The translations under genes and the position numbers were made by a program. The notes under the pieces are model-generated. The model had not been told where the DNA came from. It worked only from the letters and a program-made list of their open reading frames with translations, and did no database searches. Shown one piece after another: positions 19,832 to 29,086 of a stretch of 60,956 nt of DNA (positions are counted from its first letter, which is position 1; each line of letters begins with the position of its first letter). Location of the stretch: positions 1 through 60,956 of the forward strand of contig JBQLZK010000046.1 of assembly GCA_052168235.1 (NCBI GenBank). The letters run 5' to 3'. The stretch comes from Thainema sp. (GTDB lineage: Bacteria > Cyanobacteriota > Cyanobacteriia > Phormidesmidales > Phormidesmidaceae).

Positions 19832-20509
19832 ATGACTAGTACCCCGAATCCCATTCAACGACCTGAGCCGGAAACCTACCACGACAACTGGTTTGATCGG
19901 TCATTCATCTGGCTGTTTAGCCGCAAGATGGCGAATGCGGTCGGCAAGCCTGCGCGTCAACCGGGCTATGACGGATTTGTGGATTTGTCCAGGCAGATCA
20001 TGCAGGGACGCAACGCCCAAGAACAGCAGCAGCTGGTTGCTGTCGTGCTCAATTCCCTCATACCAAGTCCCGCCCTGTGGCTAGTGCGCAATCTGTTCTC
20101 CCCAACCCGCTGGGTATGCGAACTCAATGCCTGGTTTGCCACCCTCCTCTTCGAGTGGCTGGTGGGCGAATGCGAAGTCAGAACCGTTGAAATTAGAGAC
20201 GATCATGGCAACATCGTCACCCAAAACAGCGGTGTCCACATCAAAAAGTGCCGCTACCTCGACAACAGCCGCTGCGTCGGCATGTGCATCAATATGTGCA
20301 AGCTACCGACCCAGGATTTCTTTACCAAAGAATTTGGCATCCCCCTAACCATGACGCCCAATTTCGACGACTTTAGCTGCGAGATGGTCTTCGGCCAAAC
20401 CCCACCACCGCTCGAAACCGAAGACGCCTATCACCAACCCTGCCTAATGATGCAGTGTACAACGGCAAAACCAGAAGCCGCTGCTTGCCCAAAGGTTCGT
20501 AATAGTTGA
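19832..20509 (+). CDS. D27-like beta-carotene isomerase (DUF4033)
   Basis: YHDNWFD, FEWLVG.C, KCRYL..S.CVGMCINMCKLPTQDFF, PNFDDFSCEM.FG. Confidence 0.9.
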   Translation: MTSTPNPIQRPEPETYHDNWFDRSFIWLFSRKMANAVGKPARQPGYDGFVDLSRQIMQGRNAQEQQQLVAVVLNSLIPSPALWLVRNLFSPTRWVCELNAWFATLLFEWLVGECEVRTVEIRDDHGNIVTQNSGVHIKKCRYLDNSRCVGMCINMCKLPTQDFFTKEFGIPLTMTPNFDDFSCEMVFGQTPPPLETEDAYHQPCLMMQCTTAKPEAAACPKVRNS

Positions 20510-20533
20510 TTCATTGCAATCTTATTAAGCATG

Positions 20534-20626
20534 TATAGTGATTCCAGTCAAGAGTAAGAAAACGAGAGAGGAGAGTACCTCATCCTGAGGTACCCTCCTC
20601 TCTCGTTCTTATCTAGAACCGCTCTA
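20534..20626. mobile_element. TA-flanked hairpin MITE, copy 1
   Basis: AACGAGAGAGGAGAGTACCTCA-TCC-TGAGGTACCCTCCTCTCTCGTT stem; inverted homologue at 52788-52880. Confidence 0.8.
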
Positions 20627-20847
20627 TGTTAGGTATTCAAAAAATAGAAGGGCATTTTGCTAGCGCACCGCAACGACGAACTGTCCTTTTGCTATGTTGC
20701 GGGTTAGATCAGACACTATAAAATCGGTAAACATGCCACAATAAATCACTCTGCTTTGCTGGGTGAAAAGATGGCCGATGTTCCAATTTACCCCATATCC
20801 AAACACACGCTCCAGTTTAGTTCAGCCGTTTTCAACACCTTGCTGCA

Positions 20848-22110
20848 ATGGCTTCTAGATCCGAGTTTTATCCGCCGCGACTGAATCCATCCTTGGTGCG
20901 TTTTGTCCAAGCGATCGCACCTGCAGTTGCCCGCTGGCTGTACTGGTTCCAAATTGACATCAGCGATGCCGATCTTGAGCGTCTGGAGCAACTGCGAGGT
21001 CAGCGGCTCCTGCTGACGCCGAATCATCCAACGTTTCACGATCCAATGGTGATATTTACGCTATCAGCCAAGATCAAGCAGTCGTTTCACTATTTAGCGG
21101 CCTATGAAACGTTTGAAAATGCTAGTACAGTCTTTTTCATCTCCTCACAAGCGCCGTTTTTAAGTGGGTTTTCCCACAACAAGCTATTTGAGAAGTTTTT
21201 CCAGTGGTGTTTGCAAGGGTTGGGCATGTACTCCGTGCGGCGAGGATTGCCCGATCGACCCAGCATTATGCAAACCATTGAGCTGTTTTGTCAGCCAGCG
21301 ACTCACTTAGTCATCTTTCCAGAGGGAGGCTGCTCGTTTCAGAATGATACGGTGATGCCGTTTCGATCGGGCGGCTTTCAACTGGCATTAAAAGCTTTGG
21401 AGCGATTGTCTAAAGAGGGGCAGGAAATTCCTAACTTATACGTCTTGCCAGTCACGATTAAGTACCACTACACCCAGGATATGCAGCCTGTAATGCGTGA
21501 GACACTAGCGCGACTAGAGCAAGCGCTGGATCTGCCTGTGCAAAATCAGTTAGACAATTACATTCGACTGCGGCAGGTAGCCGCAGCTGTCTTGGCGCGG
21601 ATTGAGGCGGAATACCATTTTGATTCAACAACCGTTGCTGATAAGTCCTGGAATGAACGGATTGCCGCACTCAAGCTACAGGTGATTCAGGCTTATGAAG
21701 CTCAGCTTAACCTGTCTTCAGCCAGCGACAGCATGATTCGCGAGCGGGTGTATCGCATTCAGTACGCACTCAAAACCAAAGTGGATGAAATGAATTTTTC
21801 GGCAGACTTTGACCCGGAACGAATTCAGAAAGGGATGAGTCGGCTGCTGAATTTTGATGCCATCTATGACGGATATGTCGCCAACTGTCCCACGCCAGAG
21901 CGCTTTCTCGACACGCTCATTCGCCTAGAGCGAGAAGTGTTTAACATTGACCAACCACCACCCAAGGGCTTCCGACGCGCTCAGATTCAGCTTGGTGAGC
22001 CAATTAATTTGAAGGATCACTATGAAGCCTATAGCTGCGATCGCAACTCAGTCATCCAGCAAGTTACAACCGCAGCCCACGATGCCGTCCAGTCCAAACT
22101 CGTGCCCTAA
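20848..22110 (+). CDS. 1-acyl-sn-glycerol-3-phosphate acyltransferase family protein
   Basis: NHPTFHD (HX4D) and IFPEGG. Confidence 0.88.
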   Translation: MASRSEFYPPRLNPSLVRFVQAIAPAVARWLYWFQIDISDADLERLEQLRGQRLLLTPNHPTFHDPMVIFTLSAKIKQSFHYLAAYETFENASTVFFISSQAPFLSGFSHNKLFEKFFQWCLQGLGMYSVRRGLPDRPSIMQTIELFCQPATHLVIFPEGGCSFQNDTVMPFRSGGFQLALKALERLSKEGQEIPNLYVLPVTIKYHYTQDMQPVMRETLARLEQALDLPVQNQLDNYIRLRQVAAAVLARIEAEYHFDSTTVADKSWNERIAALKLQVIQAYEAQLNLSSASDSMIRERVYRIQYALKTKVDEMNFSADFDPERIQKGMSRLLNFDAIYDGYVANCPTPERFLDTLIRLEREVFNIDQPPPKGFRRAQIQLGEPINLKDHYEAYSCDRNSVIQQVTTAAHDAVQSKLVP

Positions 22111-22189
22111 CAGCCCTATGCTGATTTGAACCCTTCGACACCCTTTACTTTTCACAGCTTTCTACGACCCCCTACAGATCTCTACAACC

Positions 22190-23569
22190 CTACCAAGGAC
22201 TACTCACCAACGTAAAACTAGCCCAATAATACGGTGCAGACAAATCGCTAACTGCCTCCTCACTCAGTTCCGTTGGTAGCGGCACCGCACCACGGGATAG
22301 CAGCAGCTGATTGCCCTCAACCTGCACTTCACCGCGCAGCATCCGCAGTTGAGCTTGTCTCAGCGCTTCTGCCTTAGTTGTGGTGTGGCCGAGCTGGTTA
22401 TAGAACTCGCTCATTAGCGCTAAAGTGCCCTCGTCGCTGACGTTCCACAGACTAGCCAGCACGGTTTTCACGCCGGAACGTAAAGCCATTCCGGCAAAGC
22501 CCAGTTCGGCCTGATCGTCGCCGATGGCTGTCCGGCAAGCGCTGAGTACCAGGAGTTCTAATGACGGAGAGTTCCAGCCTATGTTTTGGATATCATTGAG
22601 ACCCAGTTGAGTATCCCAAAGCTGAATGTAGGAATTATCTGGCTCACCGGGGCGAAAGACCGCATGAGTCGCTAGATGGACAACGTTGGGCAGGTGAGTC
22701 TCAACGTGCTGCTGGAGATTTGACAGAGTAAACTCTTGATTGAGGAATGAGGCTCCAGTCCACTGGGCTTCGGCGGGGCGGGCATCCCGTAACTCGCGCA
22801 TAACGCTAGACAGCTCCGTTGGCACTGCTGGTAAAGCGTTCAACTCCTGAAACTCAGAGGCTCCCATTGCCAAAACCTGCCCCCGCTGCAGTTCCACATA
22901 GTCTGTTTGAATCAGATTAAAAGCGGGAATGCGGGTGACGCTGTATTTTTCAATCAAAAACTGTTCCCCATCGTGCAGCGCTGCCAGGGGAATGCTCCGG
23001 ACACCGTTGCCCAAGCAGAACAGAATCGTATCAATCCCTTCTGCTTCTAAATAATCGGTGGCATAGGGCCTAATCATCCAGTCATAAAGCTGCTGAGCCG
23101 CCGTCATCTTCACCTCTGTCGGTGAACTGTGCATTTCCAGGTGAAACAAATCCACCGTGCGGCGCAGATTGGCGGATGATACCTCGTATAAGTCTTTGAC
23201 AATCGGCTCACCGCCCGGAGTAATTAATACAAGATGTAGGTGATCTTCACGCGGAATAACCCACAGTACAGCAGGCTTGGTACCTGTCTCTTCTCCAATC
23301 TGAGCCAGGGTTTGGGCGATCGCTTCGGGAGGCTGAGTAACGTCGGCGAGATCTTCGCCAAAGTAATCTTCAAATTCTTGTTCTAATCCCCGTTCCATGT
23401 TCAAAACCTTCTCAGAGAGGGTTTGGGCTTGGACAGGTAAAACACCCATACTCGCCAGTGCCAATGCTGTTCCAACACAGGTCGTGAAACCAAACAGCCG
23501 TGAACGGAGCAATCCTGATAGTCCAGACTGAGCTTGAACAGAACGGATAGTTGTCATGGTGTCCCTCAT
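22190..23569 (-). CDS. CHAT domain (caspase/HetF-like) protein with an N-terminal signal-like segment
   Basis: HLATHA, LVLSACRTA, ASLWNVSD, PYYWASF. Confidence 0.9.
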   Translation of the reverse strand: MRDTMTTIRSVQAQSGLSGLLRSRLFGFTTCVGTALALASMGVLPVQAQTLSEKVLNMERGLEQEFEDYFGEDLADVTQPPEAIAQTLAQIGEETGTKPAVLWVIPREDHLHLVLITPGGEPIVKDLYEVSSANLRRTVDLFHLEMHSSPTEVKMTAAQQLYDWMIRPYATDYLEAEGIDTILFCLGNGVRSIPLAALHDGEQFLIEKYSVTRIPAFNLIQTDYVELQRGQVLAMGASEFQELNALPAVPTELSSVMRELRDARPAEAQWTGASFLNQEFTLSNLQQHVETHLPNVVHLATHAVFRPGEPDNSYIQLWDTQLGLNDIQNIGWNSPSLELLVLSACRTAIGDDQAELGFAGMALRSGVKTVLASLWNVSDEGTLALMSEFYNQLGHTTTKAEALRQAQLRMLRGEVQVEGNQLLLSRGAVPLPTELSEEAVSDLSAPYYWASFTLVSSPW

Positions 23570-23574
23570 TTATA

Positions 23575-23630
23575 TAAGCAGTGTGTAGTAAGCAGTGTGT
23601 TAATAAGTAGTGCGTTCAGTAGTGCGTTAA
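23575..23630. repeat. Short tandem repeats (AAGCAGTGTGT/AGTAGTGCGT, about 4 copies)
   Basis: Directly visible between the CHAT and CHASE2 genes. Confidence 0.6.
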
Positions 23631-23647
23631 ATAGATAGATGAATCGG

Positions 23648-26188
23648 TTATTGCCTTTGCTGTTGGACTTGCTGCTGTAATAGAGCCGTCGCCTCGGCGG
23701 GGGGCAGCGGCTTTGCCCAAAAGTAACCTTGACCAAACTCACACGTTAGCGATCGCAACTGATCAGCGTCCGCTTGAGTTTCCACCCCTTCCGCGATCAA
23801 ATCCATACCCAAGGTATGACCGAGATCGATGATCATGCGGACAATTTCGGCATCTTCTCGGCTCTCTGCCATCTTGAGCACGAAGGATCGATCCACTTTG
23901 AGCGTATCGATTGGAAATCGGCGCAGATAGCTGAGAGACGAGTATCCTGTACCGAAATCGTCCATACTGAGCTTGCAGCCCAGCTCTTTGAGGCGGAGCA
24001 TTAAATCAATGGCTACTTCTACATTGCCCATCACCATGCTTTCTGTAACTTCCAGTTTCAGTGTTTTTGCTGGGATGCCGGCTTCTTGAATCGTGTGGGC
24101 AATTTGATGAACTAAATCTGGCTGCTCAAACTGGCGGCTAGACAGATTAACGCTGATGACGAGAGGTAACATAGGAAACTGTTGAGTCCACTGACGAATT
24201 TGCTCACAGGCAGCTTGACAAATCCAGTGGCCCAGAGGAATGATCAGTCCCGTTTCTTCAGCCAGCGGAATAAATAGCTGGGGAGAAACAAGGCCCAGTT
24301 TGGGATGCTGCCAGCGAATCAAGGCTTCAAAGCCGGAGACGTTGCCCGTATTCAATTCCACAATCGGCTGATAGTACAGAACAAACTCTTGTTCCGCTAT
24401 GGCTCGGCGCAGATCGGCCTCTAACTTCAACTGATGCAACTCTTCTACCTGCATTCCTGCGGCAAATACCTGATAGCGAGCTTTACCCAAAGACTTGGCG
24501 CGATACATGGCCGTATGGGCATCCCGCAGCATATCTTCTGGTGTGTGATGGTAGCCTGCCTGGGTGACGGCAATGCCAATGCTGGCAGTTGTGACAATCT
24601 GCTGCTGCTCAATCCAAAACGGTTCAGCCAGCACGGACTGGAGCTGATCAGCCAGGTCTTCAAGCCGATCGCTTTGATCAGATGGAAGTGCGATCGCAAA
24701 CTTATCGCTGCCAACCCGAGCCAAACGAGATGAATGCGGCAGGATCGCGCACAATCGGTCTACTACCTGACACAAAAAATAATCGCCAATTTTTAACCCC
24801 AAGCTTTTGCTAATCGTCTCAAAGCGATCAATATCCAAAAAGAGAACGCCAACGTGGGCCGAAATATCTAGGTTGGGCAGTTTTTTGGGTAAGAGCTTGA
24901 AATGAGGCCGATGGGTGAGTTGCCAACCCAGATAACGGATAAAAGCGCCTTGATTTAACACCCCAGTCAGCGGATCGCGAGTCGTGACATAAATCAAACG
25001 ATGCGCCATTGCGAGGCCAAATGCGCTTATCAACCCCACAGCCGGTTCCACAACTGGAATCCAAATCAGTTGACCAAACAGCCAAAACCCTACACCGCCA
25101 ATCACGCCTAAGCTCAATAACCCAGCCATTCCAAATCCCAGCGGGTGTCTGAAGCACCAGATCACTGAGCTGCCAACGACACTCCAGCCCATTAACCAGA
25201 ACCACTCAGTCCACTGCGACCAAAATCGAAACTGAGCGGGTTGACCAGCCGCAATATCTAATAGCTGACTGAGAATTTGAGCATGGGCAATCACTCCCGG
25301 CATCTGGAGCGCGTCTGCCTCGCCGCTATAGGGCGTATAGAAAAAGTCTTTCAAGCTAGGTGCAACCGTGCCAATCATGACCACCTTGTCACGGATTAGA
25401 TCGGCTGACACTTCATTGGCTAACACCTGCTGTAGCGTGACGGTTGGAGCAATTTGAGCCCGGGATCGATAATGTATCAACGTCTGATAGCCACGGGTAT
25501 CAGCAATTTGATATGCCCCCGAATTCTTCTCCAGGACATGGATGGCTTGATTCCCGATCCACAACGCCTGATCGGTATATCGAAATGAGCTGTCTTCATC
25601 GGGCAGTGCAGCTAAGGCAACTCGCAAGGCAAATGCATAGTAATCTTGCTCAGAACCCGCAACAAATAGCAATCCCCGGCGCAAAGCTAGATCTGGATCT
25701 AACGTGAGGTCATTAAATCCAACCTGTTCCATCTCAACGGCAGGGGGAGCGATGCCATCTAGAATATTTTCAATCACAACGACGTTGTCAGCCTGGAGCT
25801 GAGCCGATAAGCGCTCTGTTCCAGGTGGCGTCGGCAAATCGCGGTAGAGATCGAGTCCAATCACTCGGGGCTGATAGGTTTGAAGCTGGCGCAGACTATC
25901 GACTAGCACCTGATCCGACAGCGGCCAGCCGTAGCGCTGTAGATCCTGCTCTGTGATGGCAACGACTACAAGACGAGAATCAGGAGGTGCATCGGGCTGT
26001 AGCCGGACAAATTGATCAAACACGGCTAGTTCAAGCTTCTCCAAGCCGCCAAACCACTCCACACCTTGTAAAGCAGCCGTCACGAGTAAACTAGACAGAA
26101 CAACTGAGCGCGTTGCCACGCGAATCCAGTGGGCAGTCGGTAAACGCCACCCATGTAGCTGTCGCAAGCGATTTTGGAGACGCCGCAT
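23648..26188 (-). CDS. CHASE2-GGDEF(degenerate)-EAL protein
   Basis: CHASE2 (VIGLDLYRD, GFNDLTLD, MPGVIAHAQ) and 3 TM; GSDKF in place of GGDEF; FEAL and DDFGTGYSS. Confidence 0.92.
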   Translation of the reverse strand: MRRLQNRLRQLHGWRLPTAHWIRVATRSVVLSSLLVTAALQGVEWFGGLEKLELAVFDQFVRLQPDAPPDSRLVVVAITEQDLQRYGWPLSDQVLVDSLRQLQTYQPRVIGLDLYRDLPTPPGTERLSAQLQADNVVVIENILDGIAPPAVEMEQVGFNDLTLDPDLALRRGLLFVAGSEQDYYAFALRVALAALPDEDSSFRYTDQALWIGNQAIHVLEKNSGAYQIADTRGYQTLIHYRSRAQIAPTVTLQQVLANEVSADLIRDKVVMIGTVAPSLKDFFYTPYSGEADALQMPGVIAHAQILSQLLDIAAGQPAQFRFWSQWTEWFWLMGWSVVGSSVIWCFRHPLGFGMAGLLSLGVIGGVGFWLFGQLIWIPVVEPAVGLISAFGLAMAHRLIYVTTRDPLTGVLNQGAFIRYLGWQLTHRPHFKLLPKKLPNLDISAHVGVLFLDIDRFETISKSLGLKIGDYFLCQVVDRLCAILPHSSRLARVGSDKFAIALPSDQSDRLEDLADQLQSVLAEPFWIEQQQIVTTASIGIAVTQAGYHHTPEDMLRDAHTAMYRAKSLGKARYQVFAAGMQVEELHQLKLEADLRRAIAEQEFVLYYQPIVELNTGNVSGFEALIRWQHPKLGLVSPQLFIPLAEETGLIIPLGHWICQAACEQIRQWTQQFPMLPLVISVNLSSRQFEQPDLVHQIAHTIQEAGIPAKTLKLEVTESMVMGNVEVAIDLMLRLKELGCKLSMDDFGTGYSSLSYLRRFPIDTLKVDRSFVLKMAESREDAEIVRMIIDLGHTLGMDLIAEGVETQADADQLRSLTCEFGQGYFWAKPLPPAEATALLQQQVQQQRQ

Positions 26189-26204
26189 GATGGCTATTCA
26201 GCGA

Positions 26205-26885
26205 TTACTCATCTGTCTCTGGGTCGAGGACGGTATCCAGTTCGAGATCTTGGAGAAGCTCGCTCCACTGCTGCTCAACCTCGCTGTTCTCAGGCTGGGT
26301 TTGGCGCAGCTCAACCAGGGTTGAGATCGCATCTCCCCATAAGCCAGCGGCTTCGTAGGTGGCAGCTAACTCAAGACTGGTCGGTAGCTCAGAGGTTTCT
26401 TCTATCGGCAATGCAGCGGGAGATGTGCGCCGCAGCCATCCTTCTAACACCATATTCTGCGAGCGATCAAGCGGATCGCAGACGACAGAAAAATACCATT
26501 GATAGTCTTGCTCTAGTGCCAAAACCCCGTTGGGTACGGTAATGCCAACAATTTCAGCGGTCTCACCTGCCTCAAAAGCGGTTTCATAGACAAAATTGCC
26601 GTCAGTATCGCGGAGGAAGAACTCCATCTGATGCGATTTTGCCAGCGAGGAAATGGAGAAATAGACCGTTGGCTCCTCGCTAGCGGTCAAAGCCAGATTG
26701 CTAGCTGGGTTCAGCGCAACGAGTGGCTGGGCTGGCATACATTCACCGCGTGTACCACCTCCCACACGCCGCCCCGGAAACTCACTGCGATCGCTGGTTT
26801 GTGCAACTGCGGGCACTGCTACTAATACGGATAGAAAACCAATGAGTATACTGAATGACCTAATCATATTGTTATACAAATGCAC
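26205..26885 (-). CDS. DUF928 domain secreted protein
   Basis: Signal peptide, PGRRVGGGTRG.C, YQWYFSVVCDP, YEAAGLW.DA. The true start may be a few codons downstream. Confidence 0.88.
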   Translation of the reverse strand: MHLYNNMIRSFSILIGFLSVLVAVPAVAQTSDRSEFPGRRVGGGTRGECMPAQPLVALNPASNLALTASEEPTVYFSISSLAKSHQMEFFLRDTDGNFVYETAFEAGETAEIVGITVPNGVLALEQDYQWYFSVVCDPLDRSQNMVLEGWLRRTSPAALPIEETSELPTSLELAATYEAAGLWGDAISTLVELRQTQPENSEVEQQWSELLQDLELDTVLDPETDE

Positions 26886-28095
26886 TACTTAACTAATCTT
26901 TGTGTCGGAAATGAGACCAAGGAGCAAGTATGCAGCTCAATGGCTGTAGATGCTTATTTATGGGTTTAAAGAGCCCCTAGAGTTACCTAGAAGCCAATTC
27001 AACATATCTCGATCCAGCTCTTAATCTGATCAAATCCAGCAGGATATGTTTCTTAGTCACAGATATAACATAGCAATAATTTATCGCTACATTAAAATAC
27101 TTAATGTGTCATTCATGACCTGCTGAAAATACGCTTTTACCCTCTTTCACAACAGACCCTGCCGTAAATCACTGATCTCGCCAAACTTGGCGGATCAGAA
27201 CTTTGTAAAACAAAATTGGCTTTTATTTATTTTTCAGTATATTTATTATTCGACCGTTTGATTAAGCCAATCAACCGTCAAACCACGCACGGCTTAACCC
27301 ACAGCAACTTTACAATGAGCGCGATATCTTAAGGGAAAAATGAAGTTCTCGTGAAGCTTTTGTGCTGAGCGATGCTAATCTGCTGATACCCAATTGCCAT
27401 GCAAAACTTTGGTTGTTCTCTGCAAAATACCTGCTGCAAAACACCTTGTACGGGCACTTTACAAAAAATATCATCATTTAGCTATCAAATTTTATATCTA
27501 TATTTCTATCTATAGTTTTATACTATTTCTCAGACTATTCCGCAGAACTGTGCCTGTTTCTTCTTAATCCTCAAGGCCTAAAGCAGGGAGTCGCTAAGCG
27601 TGAGATATAAAGCAAATTTTGTGCGCTCAACACTCAATATTCAATCCTCAGCATTTGCCAATCTACATTCCCACTTTTTAGAACCTATAGTCCCCAGTTG
27701 ACTAACAGTATTTTGCGCATTTCTTGATGAAGAGAAGTAGATATCTGTTCAACTATAAGTATTTACGCTTAACTAATTTGTTCAATTTAGACTATTAAAA
27801 TATCCGTGTGATTAACTAACTGCTGATGGGAGTCCTGATTTGCAAGGTGCCAAATATGGGATAACATACCTTAAACTTTCCTAAAGATTTAGGGTAACGA
27901 CCAAAGCACGGGACTGGATCAACTGGAATCAGCTTGAACCCATGCGGAAACATCTCTGTCTCTATCCAGTCATACAACGCAGGCAAAATTTGGTTTTAAC
28001 ATCCAAACTGTTTCACCGACTCGATCTCACTCACTGCTCTCCTGAGAGAGTTTTCACTCTGGTTCGCTGTTGTGTCTTGGTTTTTGAAGCAATTT

Positions 28096-29016
28096 ATGCA
28101 GAATTCCTTACTCCGCTTGAATGTCGTTCCTGCTATGGTAATGACATCTGTTCTAACCACAAGTCTCGCCTTCGGTGCGGCTATGCCTCGATCTGCGATC
28201 GCGCAATCGGCACCGTCCAGAAATGTAACTACATCGACCCTATCGATGGATGCCGAAGCCGAAGCATTTCAGGTTGCCCAGTCCTACACGGCGGCGCGAC
28301 TGTGTCCGGCAGATCTCGGTGCTGTGATTGATTCGGTAATTAATCAGCCATCCTTTGCCTCGGCACAGTGGGGCATCTTAGTAAAATCCCTCAACTCCGG
28401 TGAGGTGCTGTATAGCCACAATGCCGATGAGTACTTTATTCCGGCCTCAAATATCAAGTTGCTGACAACGGCAACGGCGCTGCAGTTATTTGACCAGCGC
28501 AATTTTGGTGCTTACACTAGCTGGCTGGACGAGATTCGCACAATTAATCGTGATAGTGATAATTACTTAGCGGATTCACTATTCCGTAATCTGGGCGGAC
28601 AGCCACGGATACAAACGGTCATGGAAACGCTTGGGGTTGATCCCTATGGTTTCCGCCAGGTGGATGGTTCCGGCCTGTCACGCTACAACATGGTGCAGCC
28701 GACTACGCTAGTGGCTCTGTTGGAAGCGATGCAGACGGTAGAAAATCGGGATTTATTTTACCAGTCGCTGCCTGTGGCCGGTATGACGGGCACACTGCGA
28801 TCGCGGTTTTCGGGCACAGTGGCCCAAGGGCGCGTGCGGGCAAAAACCGGAACGCTACGCGGCGTTCGAGCTTTATCGGGATATATGGATGCGCCCAGTG
28901 GTGAATCAGTGGTGTTTAGTATTTTGATCAATCAGCCTGGTCAATCGGGATCGGTGATGCTAGATGCGATCGATACAATTGTGATGCGGATGACGCAGCT
29001 AGAAGCCTGCGAGTAA
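28096..29016 (+). CDS. dacB: D-Ala-D-Ala carboxypeptidase/endopeptidase (PBP4, peptidase S13), compact form
   Basis: PASNIK (SxxK), SDN, DGSGLSRYN, AKTGTL. Start uncertain. Confidence 0.88.
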   Translation: MQNSLLRLNVVPAMVMTSVLTTSLAFGAAMPRSAIAQSAPSRNVTTSTLSMDAEAEAFQVAQSYTAARLCPADLGAVIDSVINQPSFASAQWGILVKSLNSGEVLYSHNADEYFIPASNIKLLTTATALQLFDQRNFGAYTSWLDEIRTINRDSDNYLADSLFRNLGGQPRIQTVMETLGVDPYGFRQVDGSGLSRYNMVQPTTLVALLEAMQTVENRDLFYQSLPVAGMTGTLRSRFSGTVAQGRVRAKTGTLRGVRALSGYMDAPSGESVVFSILINQPGQSGSVMLDAIDTIVMRMTQLEACE

Positions 29017-29019
29017 GCG

Positions 29020-29086
29020 ATGTTGACTATGAACAGGTCGCCCCGCTGGGACGGCCTGTTCATAGTCAACGTAAAAATTGCCGTAT
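29020..29086. repeat. Hairpin MITE-like repeat (same family as 5491-5570), between convergent genes
   Basis: GTTGACTATGAACAGG...CCTGTTCATAGTCAAC. Confidence 0.7.

Noticed and set aside
27942..28331. 129-aa Cys-rich ORF
   Set aside because: Alternate frame overlapping dacB.
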